A program made the translations under genes and the position numbers. Under the pieces are notes generated by a model. It was not told where the DNA came from. It searched no databases and was given only the letters and a program-made list of their open reading frames with translations. This document shows, one piece after another, positions 20,521 through 32,274 of a stretch of DNA of 64,000 nt (the first letter of the stretch is position 1; every line of letters starts with the position of its first letter). This DNA is from Alphaproteobacteria bacterium (lineage in GTDB: Bacteria > Pseudomonadota > Alphaproteobacteria > JAAXGF01): positions 416,001 through 480,000 of the forward strand of contig CAUVXB020000002.1 in the NCBI GenBank assembly GCA_963555825.3, in the 5' to 3' direction.

Positions 20521-21995
20521 CACGTTCCGGTATTAGATCCGAAAGTTGGTACGCCGGAGAAGCATGCTTGCAAGGCATCGAGGTCGCGGTAGGTGATTGC
20601 AAACAATGGGGAGTCCTTGTGGGGATAATGAGCGGTTTCAGCATCGACCAGCTATCCCGTTGGGAATGGGCCATACCATTGACGTATTCAGTCGGTGCCT
20701 GACCGGATTCCAGTTGTACGCCGCCGCGTAGAATCGTCCCACCATTTCGGTTTCAGCGAAGGTGGACTTAGCCACCAATCGACGGCATCGGGGTGCCCTT
20801 CCAGACGACCAAACCACGGGCGTCACTTCGACAGCTTCATCGACGAAACCGATTTCAAACTGGTCAGGCACGTAAATGGCAATAACCGCCGCGCATGCTT
20901 CGATGACTGGCAAAGAACACGGTCGGACGGGCCGACAACCCTAACCGGCTCATTATGCTTCGCACTCGTCCCAATTCGATTGATCTGACGATTGGTCAAT
21001 TTGCCTGCCAACTCGGCGAGAATGGCATTGACGAGTTCTCTCTCGACCGCCGTTCGGGCCTTATCCAGGGCTTGGGAAAATGGTAGTTCGATCGGAGCCA
21101 ATGGAGGTTCGCGGGGACTATTCCAGCCGCGCCAGACAGGTAATGTTCGAGCCATTCCGCGGCAACGCGGTAGTTCGCATGATTCGTGAGAACGGCAGAG
21201 CAATAATCCCCCACTGAAGCGGCCGGTCGATCCGGCTGCGGCGGACCAAAATGGGACCGCGTATAGCCTTCTGTCAGGGTTGCTCTGACTGGAAGGCGGG
21301 GGGGATGTATCGGGTGGAGTTGTACGCACGGGTTCGGCGGGCGTGTCATGTCGAGGGGATGAGCACCCGCGAGGCCTCGCGGGTGTTTGGTGTAGACCGC
21401 AAGACGGTCCGTAAGATGCTGTCGTTCTCGGTGCCGCCAGGGTATCGCCGAAGCGCGCCGCCGAGGCGGCCAAAGCTGGGTCCGTTCACGGGAATCATCG
21501 ATCGGATCTTGGAAGACGATCGGACCAGCCACCGCAAGCAACGGCACACTGCGAAGCGCATCTTCGACCGCCTCCGGGACGAGTACGGTTTCACGGGCGG
21601 CTACACCATCGTGAAGGACTACGTTCGTGAGCAGGGGCTTCGGTCGCGTGAGGTGTTCGTGCCACTCTCCCATTCCCCCGGTCACGCCCAGGCGGACTTC
21701 GGCGAAGCGATGGCGGTGATCGGCGGCGCGTTACGGAAGATCCACTTCCTTGCCTTCGACCTTCCCCACAGTGATGGTTGCTTTGTTGCGGCCTATCCGG
21801 CGGAGACGACCGAAGCATTCTGCGATGGCCACAACGCGGCGTTTGCCTTCTTCGGCGGCGTCCCCCGATCCATCCTGTACGACAACACCAAGCTGGCGGT
21901 TGCCCGGATCCTGGGCGATGGGAAGCGGCAGCGAACGCGCGTCTTCACGGAGCTTCAGTCCCACTATCTGTTCGAGGACAGGTTCGGCCGGCCGG

Positions 21996-24900
21996 GAGCT
22001 ATAGCTGAATCTTGACGGGGCGGTAAAAAGTTGTTGGCCGATGGCGTGCTTGTACAGGTCTTTGCGGTTCGGTGAAGAATATTTGCCTGTCTCCGCGTTG
22101 CTGGTGGATAAAACCTGATATTACCTATCCTTGGCTTCTCCTTGGCTTCGTTTTTTATGGTGCGATTGCCGCGCAGCGTCGGATATTGAGGCCGAGGGCA
22201 CGCAGATTGACCACGTAGCGCATGGCCGGCATGCCGCGAATGCGTAGGTGAGCCAGGTTCATCTGGTACTTTAATCGCGACATGGTCGCTTCTATGCCGG
22301 CCCGCCATCTGTAGACGTCGCGGAAGGCATCGCTTTGTTCATAAAGCCGGCGCTTTTGGTTGGCAGCCCTGGCCGGGGTATATTGAAAGCGGGAAAATTG
22401 GCCGTCACGCTTGGCCGCCTGCACGGGACATCGCAGTATATCGGGACATTTTTGGCAGATGGAAAGGTCGAAACGGGCCTGCAGCTTGGCTTTGGCGAGC
22501 GAGGCTGAAACCGGTTCGACGTTATTGGGACAGCGCAAGACCAAGCCTTCTTCGTTGAGAGTGAAATCCTCCAACGTCAACCGTCCCGAGACGGCGCCTT
22601 TCGGCGGTCGCGCGGGCGCCACGAGATTGATGTTCTGTTCGCGCGTCAGAGCCATGTTGTCACTGGAACCGTAATGTGAATCACCCAGCATCACCGCCGG
22701 CGTCAGCGCGCGCTCGCTCAGATCATCCAGCGCATCGGCCAAGCGATGGCCGTCATGCACCGTCATCTTGTGGACCTCCACGTGGGTGATGAGGTCCGGT
22801 GTCGCGGCAACCGCCTCGTTACTGACATCTTCACAATAGGTTTCGACGATCTGCGCCATGTATCCTTGACCCTTGTGCGCGTTGTAGCTCGCGTCCGGGT
22901 CGGCCGGATTGCCGACGGTATCGCACGGCACATCCTTTGGATCTCGAATCGCGGCGCGCGTTGCGTCACGATCGCCATACTCATCATCAACGATCTCGAA
23001 CTGATCGCGCAGAACCCTCTCCAGGATCGCAAAACTGAAAAGCTTTGCCGCCGCCGTGTCACGGAATTGCAGCACCAGGGCTAGGAGATACTGACCCGCT
23101 TCGCCGAGGCGCCGTTTTGAAACACTCGGCGCCGTATTCGCGAACGCGCCATTACCCTCGCGATCGACATAGCGGCGGATCACCTCCTTGCTGATCTGCT
23201 CGTGCAGACCGGGATGATATCGCTCAAGCTCACGGGCAAACTTCGAGATGCTCTCAACAACGATACCAAGTCGTGTCAGCGCCCGCATTGCCGAACGAAG
23301 GGCCGTCGAATCCATGCGTTGGTGGCTGGTATCGACAGAGAACCCCTGCACCAGCCGATCCGTCAAACACCGGAACAGCAATTCATCGAGACCTTGTTCG
23401 ATAAACAGACGGCGATAGTTGCGCAGGGTTTTCTCACAGAAATAGCTGTCCGCTTCGCTGCGCACGTCCAAGGCATAGTGCCACGCCATATTGAAGGCCA
23501 GGGCCTCGACGGTCTCTGCATCGCTCAGATCGTGCAGCTGCTGCAAAAGCAAGACCCCGATGACAACGTGTAGATCCTTCGATGGTCGGCCCATGCGTTC
23601 ATCAAGGTGACGGCAAAGATCGTCAACCGGAAGTTCGACAAGCAGATGGTTCCGAAAAACCCCGGCCCAGGATTGCTCCATCAGGCGCCGACGTTTGTCC
23701 CCGAAATCGGACCAGCGATCAAACAATTCCCCAGTCCGTCGGTCGCGTAAAGTAAACATGCACAATTATAATCCAGCCGACTCTCATGAGGAATCGACTT
23801 TTTACCGCCCCGTCGAATCTTGGTGATGGAGAATGAAGGCGGCGTATCCTGGCGTTGATGAAGACGCCAATTTTCCGAAGAAAGGGATACGCCATGAAAG
23901 ACGATACAGTTGTTGCGTTGCGCCAGCCAGAGTCATTTTCCGACGATCCGCTGACGGAGATATTGCGCGCCGGCGCCCGGCAGTTGCTTGGCCAGGCGAT
24001 TGAAGCGGAAGTTGCCGCCCATATTGAAGCCCATGCCGATTTGACCGACGCTTCGGGCCGGCGCCGTATTGTCCGTCACGGGCACATGCCGGAACGCGAG
24101 GTTCAGACCGGGATCGGAGCTGTGACGGTGAAGCGGCCAAGAGTGCGAGACCGAGATCCACAGGCCACGGGCGGGCGCATCCGTTTCACGTCATCGATCC
24201 TGCCGCCTTATCTCAGGCGCGCCAAGTCGGTCGAGGCGCTTCTGCCCTGGCTTTATCTGAAGGGCATCTCCAGCGGCGACTTTTCGGAGGCCCTGGCGGC
24301 GCTGCTGGGACCGGACGCGCCGGGCCTGACGGCCAGCACCATTGGCCGGCTGAAAGCGGTCTGGTGGGACGAATACGAAGCCTGGCAAAAGCGCGACCTT
24401 TCGGCTCGGCGCTACGTCTATTTTTGGGCCGACGGGGTCTACTTCTCGCCTCGCATGGACCATGACAAACAGTGTGTTCTGGTGATCATCGGCGCCGACG
24501 CCATGGGCAACAAGGACATCGTCGGCATGGTCGACGGTTATCGAGAGAGCGCGCAAAGCTGGAAGGAACTGCTGCTTGATCTCAAGCGCCGGGGCTTGGA
24601 GACCGGCCCCGAGTTGGCCGTCGGCGACGGCGCCTTGGGCTTCTGGAAGGCGCTACGCGAGGTTTACGGAGAGACCAGGGTGCAGCGTTGCTGGGTCCAC
24701 AAGACCGCCAACGTGCTCAACCAGATGCCCAAATCCCTGCAGGCCAAAGCCAAGGGCCATCTGCACGACATCTGGATGGCCGAGACTAGGGCCGACGCCG
24801 AAGCCGCCTTCGACTTCTTCATCGCAGCCTACGGCGCAAAATACCACAAGGCCGCAGAGCGCCTGGTCAAGGACCGTGAACGCCTGCTGAGCTTCTACGA

Positions 24901-25181
24901 CTTCCCGGCCGAGCACTGGAAGCACATCCGCACCACCAACCCCATCGAAAGCACCTTCGCCACGGTGCGCCTGAGGACCGTGAAGACCAAGGGGTGCCTG
25001 AGCCGCAAGACGGCGCTCGCCATGGCCTTCAAACTGATCTTGAGTGCCAGGCGGAAATGGCGGAAGCTGGACGGATCAAATCAACTCGCCGAACTCGTCG
25101 AAGGAGTGCCGTTCAAGGACGGAATCAAGATAACCAAACACGCCGCCTGATAGCTCCGTCACCAACTTTCGGACATAGCTC
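21996..25181 (+). mobile_element. IS256-family element, transposase 23894-25150
   Basis: IRs GAGCTATAGCTGAATCTTG / CAACTTTCGGACATAGCTC; 9-bp TSD GCCGGCCGG; motifs WADG, VGDGALGF, QRCWVHK, RTTNPIES. Confidence 0.92.
22014..23814 (-). mobile_element. IS1182-like (IS4/IS5 superfamily) element, transposase 22155-23765
   Basis: IRs GACGGGGCGGTAAAAAGT / ACTTTTTACCGCCCCGTC; 7-bp TSD GAATCTT; motifs GRPS, MDST, DPDASY, GDSHYG, YRWRAGIEATMSRLK. Confidence 0.88.
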
Positions 25182-25995
25182 GCCGGCCGGGCAAGGGCAA
25201 CGACAAGGGCAAGGTCGAGGGACTGGTCGGCTTCATCCGGCGGAACTTCCTGGTCCCCGTCCCGCGTGCCGAGAGCTTCGCGGCCCTCAACGATGCTCTC
25301 GCCGAACAGTGCCGCCGGCGCCAGGCGGCGCGGCTGCGGGGCCACAAGGAGACCATCGGCGAGCGTCTCGAGCGGGATCGTCAAGTTCTCTTGCCATTGC
25401 CGCCTGCTCCCTATGATGCCTGCGATAAGCGCCCTGGACGGGCGAGTTCGCTGTCGCTGGTGCGTTACCGCAGCAACGACTATTCCGTGCCCGTGGCCTA
25501 CGGCCACCGTGAGGTGCTCATCCGGGGCTACGTCGATGAGGTGGTGATCAGCTGCGGGGCCGAGGTGATCGCCCGGCACCGCCGGTCCTACGACAGCGAG
25601 GACCTGATCTTCGACCCGCTGCATTACCTGCCCTTGATCGAGCAGAAGATCGGCGCCCTCGACCAGGCCGCGCCATTGGCGGGCTGGGACCTGCCCGAGG
25701 CCTTCATCACTCTGCGGCGGCTCCTCGAAGCTCGTATGGGCAAGGCAGGCAAGCGCGAGTACGTCCAGGTGCTCCGTCTACTGGAGACCTTCCGGCTCGA
25801 GGAGGTCGAGGGTGCGGTCGGCGACGCCCTGCGGCTCGGCGCAATCGGCTTTGATGCGGTGAAGCACCTGGTACTGTGCCGCATCGAGCGGCGGCCGCCC
25901 AGGCTCAACCTCGACGTCTATCCGTATCTGCCGCGCGCCCGGGTCGCGATGACGTCCGCCAAGTCGTACATGAGCCTGCTGTCGGGGCTCGGCGC

Positions 25996-26760
25996 ATGAC
26001 CGACACACCGCAAGTGCTGCTCGCCCACCACCTCAAGACGCTGAAGCTGCCGACCTTCCTGCGCGAGTACGACAAGATCGCCCGGCAGTGCGCCTCGGAA
26101 GGCGTCGATCACGTCCGCTACCTGTTGAGACTCGCCGAGCTCGAGCTGATCGACCGCGAGCGCCGCATGGTCGAGCGGCGCATCAAGGCGGCGCGCTTCC
26201 CCGTGGTCAAGAGCCTCGACAGCTTCGACTTCAAGGTCATCCCCTCGCTCAACAAGGCGCTGGTCCTGGAGCTGGCCCGCTGCGAGTACATCGAGCGCCG
26301 CGAGAACCTCATCGCGCTCGGCAACAGTGGGACCGGCAAGACCCACATCGCCCTCGGTCTCGGCCTGGCGGCCTGCCAGAAGGGCCTCTCGGTCGGCTTC
26401 ATCACCGCCGCCGCGCTGGTCCACGAACTCATCGAGGCCCGCGATGACAAGCAGCTGCTGAGGTTCCAGAAGAAGCTCGCCACCTACAAGCTTCTGATCG
26501 TCGACGAACTCGGCTTCGTGCCGCTGTCGAAGACCGGCGCCGAGCTGTTGTTCGAGGTGTTCAGCCAACGCTACGAGCGGGGCTCGACCCTGGTCACTAC
26601 CAATCTGCCCTTCGACGAATGGACCGAGGTGTTCGGCTCCGAGCGCCTCACCGGCGCGCTCCTCGATCGCCTCACCCACCACGTCAACATCCTCGAGATG
26701 AACGGTGACAGCTACAGGCTCAACCAGAGCCGCAGGCGTCAAACCCCGACTGCTAACTGA
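25996..26760 (+). CDS. istB: IS21 helper AAA+ ATPase IstB
   Basis: GNSGTGKTH Walker A, LLIVDELG Walker B, LLDRLTHH; ATGA overlap with istA. Confidence 0.95.
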   Translation: MTDTPQVLLAHHLKTLKLPTFLREYDKIARQCASEGVDHVRYLLRLAELELIDRERRMVERRIKAARFPVVKSLDSFDFKVIPSLNKALVLELARCEYIERRENLIALGNSGTGKTHIALGLGLAACQKGLSVGFITAAALVHELIEARDDKQLLRFQKKLATYKLLIVDELGFVPLSKTGAELLFEVFSQRYERGSTLVTTNLPFDEWTEVFGSERLTGALLDRLTHHVNILEMNGDSYRLNQSRRRQTPTAN

Positions 26761-27004
26761 ACCGACCACCCAGCCCACGCTTGACCCCGTGGGCCCACAG
26801 GTCCCTCCCGCGCGCGCCGCCGCGTCAGCCTGTTGAGGGCACGCCGCGTCGCGCGCGGGGCCCTCCCGTGGACTACGGGGACAAGCCCGCAGCCGCCAAG
26901 CGGTCCCTTCTTACACCGCCGAGGTGGTCCCTTTTTGCTCCGCCATTGACAATTCGCCGCGACGATCTTTTCGGCCGTCTCCCTGACGTCGGCGAGGTAC
27001 TGAG

Positions 27005-28424
27005 TGTATCGCACCCGGTTCCTTGGACACAAGTTTGTCTCATGCGGCGGGCCTGAGTGACATCGCGGTGTGCCACGCCTGACGAGCTTGAGCGGGGCTC
27101 AGGTAGCCGTTCTTCTCCACGATCCACTGGGCATTGTACTGTTCGACGAACCCGCGGACGGCGTTCCGCAGCTCCGCGATGTTGCGGTAGATGCGGCCAT
27201 GGATGATCTGTTCCTTGAGCGTGCGATTGAACCTCTCGGCGACGCCGTTGGTCTGGGGCTGTTCGACGAAGGCGTAGGACGGCTGGATGCCCCAGAACTT
27301 GATCTGGTTGGTGAAGTGGTCCGACAGATACTGGGAGCCGTGATCCATCCGCAAGGCCAGCCCCCGCGCCGCACCGGCGGAGGTCGAGGCATACAGCCTC
27401 GCAAGCCCCATGGAGATCGGCTGAAGGGCGGCGAAGCGGTCGCCTCGCTTGCACACATGCCAGCCGACGCACTCGGCGTTCCAATGCTCGATGGCGGTGA
27501 ATATCCAGCCCCAGCCGTCGTCCACCGTGAACACCCGAACGCCGTCCGTGCCCCACATGAGGTTGGGGGCATGGGTGATGATCTCACCGACATGGGGATT
27601 TCCGCCACGGCGGCGGCAGCGATGGGGCGAGAGCAGGTTGTTCTCGCGCATCACCCGGAGCCCCCGCTTGCGGGAAACACGGATGCCACGACAGACCCGA
27701 AGCCGAGCCCAGACCTTGCGGTGTCCCTCGCCCTCCCAGGGGGATGCCTCCAGGTCGGCCTCGATGGCCACCAGCAGAGCCTCGTCCGAGATCGAGGGCT
27801 TCGGTCCCCGGCGCTTTGCTGGTGGGCGCTCAGCGGTGGCCTGCTGCCGGGATTTCATGGCGTAGAACGAGGAACGGGCAAAACCCCAGGCCGCACAGAC
27901 CCGCTGGAGGCCGTAGGCCAAACCCGTGCCGGGAGAGGTGGCGGCACTCATCGCCGCGACCTCCGCCGCCCCAAAGGGCCGGACGTCTCCGTCTTGGCCT
28001 CCAGCAGTTCCACCTGCATGATCAACTCCCCGATCCGCTTCATGGCGATGTCCAGTTCCGCCTTCACCGGATCGCCCTTGCGTTCCTTGAGCGAGGCATC
28101 GATCCCGGCGATCGCCTTCTCACGCCACTGCTCGAGCCGGAAAATCTCCACGCCCAACTGCCGCGACAAAAGTTCCACCGGCTCGCCACGCAAAAACCGC
28201 AGGGCAACCTCACGCTTGCGCGTCACCGTCCACCGCTGGCCAAGTCCCAGCGGGCCTGCCGGCGAAACCTGGCCCGGGGAAAACGTGGACGAGCCAAGCT
28301 CGCCCTCGTTTACCACAGGCCCATCAACAGCAACTTTGTTCTCAAAATTGTCGGTCATGTTCCGGTCCTCCTTGGACACTTCGATTAAGCCAATTCTGTG
28401 TCCAAGGAAATCGGGTCCGACTCA
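27005..28424 (-). mobile_element. IS3/IS481-like element (orfA 27948-28379, rve integrase-core orfB 27040-27951)
   Basis: IRs TGTATCGCACCCGGTTCCTTGGACACA / (rc) TGAGTCGGACCCGATTTCCTTGGACACA; flanking direct repeat GGCGAGGTACTGAG; motifs WGTD, DHGSQY, NGVAERFNRTLKE. Confidence 0.88.
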
Positions 28425-28792
28425 GGCGAGGTACTGAGGGTCACAACCGGACCCGAGGGGTGGATGATGAGTTGGCATTGTTCGTTCCTCTCAACAATCT
28501 CCGCAGTGGCGTCGCGCCACGTTGGATGTCGTGGATTCTCTAAATGCTGGAATTTTTCCTACCATCGGATGGGAATATGTCAAGAACATAAACGGAACTT
28601 ACAATTCATCCGTGCATCGAAGGCCGGGCGGTCGCGTGCCGCCTGGTGCCGATTACACCGTGGCGAAGCGACAAGCAGCGACTGGACGTGCCGCAGACGG
28701 CACGGGCCGCTGTAATCCACCCGGAAATGCGCTATATCAGGGATGGGCGCCGGCGCGGCGGCTGATGCCGCCGGCGCCCAGGAGGAACTTCG

Positions 28793-31700
28793 ATGGCGCT
28801 CGCGGCGGTCAGCCTCGACGACAAATACGCGCTCGACGAGGGGCGCATCTATCTCACCGGCACCCAGGCGCTGGTCCGGCTGCCGATGATGCAGCGCCAG
28901 CGCGACGTCGCCGCCGGGCTGAACACGGCATGCTTCATCTCGGGCTATCGCGGCTCGCCGCTCGGCGGCTTCGACCGCGAGCTGTGGAGCGCCAAGCGTT
29001 TCGTCGAGCGCAACCACATCCACTTCCAGCCCGGCGTCAACGAGGACCTCGCCGCGACCGCGGTGTGGGGCAGCCAGCAGGTCGGCCTGTTCCCGGGCGC
29101 CAAATACGACGGCGTCTTCGCCATGTGGTACGGCAAGGGGCCGGGCGTCGATCGCTCGGGCGACGCGCTCAAGCACGGCAACATGGCCGGCACGGCGCCG
29201 GCGGGTGGCGTGCTCGCGCTGGCCGGCGACGACCACGCCTGCAAGTCGTCGACCCTGCCGCACCAGTCGGAATACGCCTTCATGGACGCCCAGATCCCGG
29301 TGCTCAACCCGGCCGGCGTGCAGGAGTTCCTCGACCTCGGTCTCTACGGCTGGGCGATGTCGCGCTACGCCGGGACCTGGGTCGCCCTGAAAGCGGTCGC
29401 CGAGACGCTCGACAGCTCGGCCTCGGTCACGGTCGACCCCGCGAGGGTGACGATCGCGCTGCCCGACGATTTCGAGATGCCGCCGGGCGGCCTCAACATC
29501 CGCTGGCCCGACGCGCCGATGGACCAGGAATACCGGTTGCACCGCCACAAGGTCTATGCCGCGCTGGCGTTTGCCCGCGCCAACCGCCTCGACCGCACGG
29601 TGATCGACGCGCCGCGACCCCGGCTCGGCATCGTCACCACCGGCAAGTCGTACCTCGACGTGCGCCAGGCGCTCGACGATCTCGGCATCGACGATGCGCT
29701 CGCCGCCGAGATCGGCATCCGGCTCTACAAGGTCGCCATGCCGTGGCCGCTCGAGCCCGAGGGCGCGCGCGCCTTCGCCGAGGGGCTAGAGGAGATCCTC
29801 GTCGTCGAGGAGAAGCGCGCCTTGATCGAGAACCAACTCAAGGAGCAGCTCTACAACTGGGACCCGGCGGTCCGCCCGCGCGTCATCGGCAAGTTCGACG
29901 AGGCCGGCGAGTGGATCCTGCCCTCGGTCGACGAGCTGACGCCGGCGCGTGTCGCGCGCGCCATCGCCGCGCGCATCGGCCGTTTCTTCACCTCCGAGAC
30001 GATCGTCCAGCGGCTCGCCTTCCTCGAGGCCAAGGAGAAGGCGATGGCGGGGCGCGCCGCGCCGATCGAGCGCATGCCCTACTTCTGCTCGGGCTGCCCG
30101 CACAACACCTCGACCAAGGTGCCCGAGGGCAGCCGCGCGCTGGCCGGCATCGGCTGTCACTACATGGCGATGTGGATGGACCGCGAGACCGACACCTTCA
30201 CCCAGATGGGCGCCGAGGGCGTCACCTGGGTCGGCCAGGCGCCGTTCACCGACACGCCGCACGTCTTCCAGAACCTCGGCGACGGCACCTATTTCCACTC
30301 GGGCTTGCTGGCGATCCGCGCCGCGCTGGCGGCGAACGTCAACATCACCTACAAGCTGCTCTACAACGACGCCGTGGCGATGACCGGCGGCCAGCCGGTC
30401 GACGGCCAGCTCAGCGTGCCACAGATCACCCACCAACTCTACGGCGAGGGCGTGCGCCGCATCGCCGTGGTCTCGGACGAGCCCGAGAAATACCCGCGCG
30501 ACACCGATTTCGCCGACGGCGTGACGATCCACCACCGCGACGAGCTCGACCGCCTGCAGCGCGAGCTGCGCGAGCTGTCCGGTACCTCGGTGCTGATCTA
30601 CGACCAGACCTGCGCGACCGAGAAGCGGCGCCGCCGCAAGCGCGGCACGATGCCCGACCCGGCACGCCGCGTGGTCATCAACACGGCGGTCTGCGAGGGC
30701 TGCGGCGACTGCGGCATCGCCTCGAACTGCCTGTCGGTGATCCCGGTCGAGACCGAGTTCGGCCGCAAGCGCGTGATCGACCAGTCGTCGTGCAACAAGG
30801 ACTTCTCCTGCCTCAACGGCTTCTGCCCGAGCTTCGTCACCGTCGAGGGTGGGTCCTTGCGCAGGCCGCAAGCCCGCGTGCGCGACGTCGTCGCCGAACT
30901 GCCAGAGCCCGACCTGCCGGCGCTCGAGACGCCCTACGGCATCCTGATCACCGGCGTCGGCGGCACCGGCGTGGTGACGATCGGCGCGCTGATCGGCATG
31001 GCGGCACATCTCGAGGGCAAGGGCGTCACCGTGCTCGACATGGCCGGATTGGCGCAGAAATACGGCGCCGTGATCAGCCATTTGCGCATCGCCCGAAGGC
31101 CCGGGGACATCCACGCCGTGCGCATCGCCGCCGGCGGCGCGCGACTTCTTCTCGGCTGCGACCTGGTGGTCGCCGCCGGCTTCGATTCGCTCGCCAAGGG
31201 GACGCCGGGCGAGACCCACGTGGTGGTCAACGCCCACGAATCGCCGACCGGCGCGTTCACGCGCGATCCGGATCTCGAGTTTCCCGGCGCCGAGCTGCGC
31301 CGGCTGGTCGCCGACGTGGCGGGGTCCGGCAACGTCGAGTTCCTCGATGCGACGCGGCTCGCCACCGCGCTCTTGGGCGACTCGATCGCGACCAACCTGT
31401 TCCTCGTCGGCCTGGCCTACCAGAAGGGCCTGGTGCCGGTCTCGCACGAAGCGATCGAGCGCGCCATCGAGCTCAACGGCGTCGCCGTCGAGGCCAATCT
31501 GCGCGCGCTGCGCTGGGGCCGGCTGTGCGCCATCGACCGCGACGCGGTCGAGGCGGCGGCGGCCGAGGCGGCACCCGCGTCGGCCGAGGCACCAATGTCG
31601 GCGAGCCTCGACGAGATCGTCGCGCGCCGCACGGCCGACCTGACCGGCTACCAGAACGCGGCCTATGCCGGGCGCTATTCCGGTCTGGTCGAGCGCGTGC

Positions 31701-32263
31701 GCGAGGCCGAAACGGCATCGGCCGGCGGCATGACCGGCCTCGCCGAGGCGGTCGCGCGCTATTATCACAAGCTGCTCGCCTACAAGGACGAATACGAGGT
31801 CGCCCGGCTCTACACCGGCGATGCGTTCCGCCGCCAGATCGCCGAGCAGTTCGAGGGTGATTTCAAACTCCGATTCCACCTGGCGCCGCCACTGATCGCC
31901 GCGCGCGACCCGGACAGCGGCCACCTCAAAAAATCGGCCTACGGGCCGTGGATGATGGCCGCCTTCCGCGTCTTGGCCAGGTTCAAGGGGCTGCGCGGCA
32001 GCGCCTTCGACCCGTTCGGCTACGCGCCCGATCGGCGCACCGAGCGCCGCCTGATCGTCGAGTATGAGGCGGTCGTCGAGGCGCTGATCGCCGGCCTCGA
32101 CCACGACAACCACGCGCTCGCCGTCGAGATCGCGACGATCCCCGAGCACATCCGCGGTTACGGCCACGTCAAGGCGGCGCATCTCGCCACCGCCAAGGCG
32201 CGCGAGGCCGACCTGCTGGCCGCCTTCCGCAAGCCCAGCCCCCACGCCGACGCGGCCGAGTAG
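28793..32263 (+). CDS. Indolepyruvate ferredoxin oxidoreductase family, fused alpha/beta
   Basis: SGYRGSPLGG, NEDLAAT, FCSGCPH, GDGTYFHSG (TPP binding), CEGCGDC ferredoxin motif, GVGGTGV, AYKDEYEVARL. Confidence 0.95.
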   Translation: MALAAVSLDDKYALDEGRIYLTGTQALVRLPMMQRQRDVAAGLNTACFISGYRGSPLGGFDRELWSAKRFVERNHIHFQPGVNEDLAATAVWGSQQVGLFPGAKYDGVFAMWYGKGPGVDRSGDALKHGNMAGTAPAGGVLALAGDDHACKSSTLPHQSEYAFMDAQIPVLNPAGVQEFLDLGLYGWAMSRYAGTWVALKAVAETLDSSASVTVDPARVTIALPDDFEMPPGGLNIRWPDAPMDQEYRLHRHKVYAALAFARANRLDRTVIDAPRPRLGIVTTGKSYLDVRQALDDLGIDDALAAEIGIRLYKVAMPWPLEPEGARAFAEGLEEILVVEEKRALIENQLKEQLYNWDPAVRPRVIGKFDEAGEWILPSVDELTPARVARAIAARIGRFFTSETIVQRLAFLEAKEKAMAGRAAPIERMPYFCSGCPHNTSTKVPEGSRALAGIGCHYMAMWMDRETDTFTQMGAEGVTWVGQAPFTDTPHVFQNLGDGTYFHSGLLAIRAALAANVNITYKLLYNDAVAMTGGQPVDGQLSVPQITHQLYGEGVRRIAVVSDEPEKYPRDTDFADGVTIHHRDELDRLQRELRELSGTSVLIYDQTCATEKRRRRKRGTMPDPARRVVINTAVCEGCGDCGIASNCLSVIPVETEFGRKRVIDQSSCNKDFSCLNGFCPSFVTVEGGSLRRPQARVRDVVAELPEPDLPALETPYGILITGVGGTGVVTIGALIGMAAHLEGKGVTVLDMAGLAQKYGAVISHLRIARRPGDIHAVRIAAGGARLLLGCDLVVAAGFDSLAKGTPGETHVVVNAHESPTGAFTRDPDLEFPGAELRRLVADVAGSGNVEFLDATRLATALLGDSIATNLFLVGLAYQKGLVPVSHEAIERAIELNGVAVEANLRALRWGRLCAIDRDAVEAAAAEAAPASAEAPMSASLDEIVARRTADLTGYQNAAYAGRYSGLVERVREAETASAGGMTGLAEAVARYYHKLLAYKDEYEVARLYTGDAFRRQIAEQFEGDFKLRFHLAPPLIAARDPDSGHLKKSAYGPWMMAAFRVLARFKGLRGSAFDPFGYAPDRRTERRLIVEYEAVVEALIAGLDHDNHALAVEIATIPEHIRGYGHVKAAHLATAKAREADLLAAFRKPSPHADAAE

Positions 32264-32274
32264 CATCGCCCGAT

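Larger units (their letters stand above)
21305..25999 (+). pseudogene. istA: IS21 transposase IstA, interrupted at 21996-25190
   Basis: AQADFG, YDNTK, FGRP|GKGNDKGKVEG rejoins in frame after removing the IS256. Confidence 0.9.
21187..26951 (+). mobile_element. IS21-family element carrying nested IS256 and IS1182-like elements
   Basis: IRs TGAGAACGGCAGAGCAATAATCCCCCAC / (rc) TGTCAATGGCGGAGCAAAAAGGGACCAC; 5-bp TSD ATTCG (21182-21186, 26952-26956). Confidence 0.92.

Noticed and set aside
19800-21150. Repeated blocks as a CRISPR array or a DGR template/variable repeat pair
   Set aside because: No constant repeat with regular spacers, no cas or reverse transcriptase gene, and the differences are insertions rather than A-specific substitutions.
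28522-31860. 1112-aa ORF and other long Arg/Ala/Pro-rich ORFs (13448-15511, 29786-32266, 10214-11602, 57166-58641)
   Set aside because: Alternate-frame or antisense shadows of well-supported genes.
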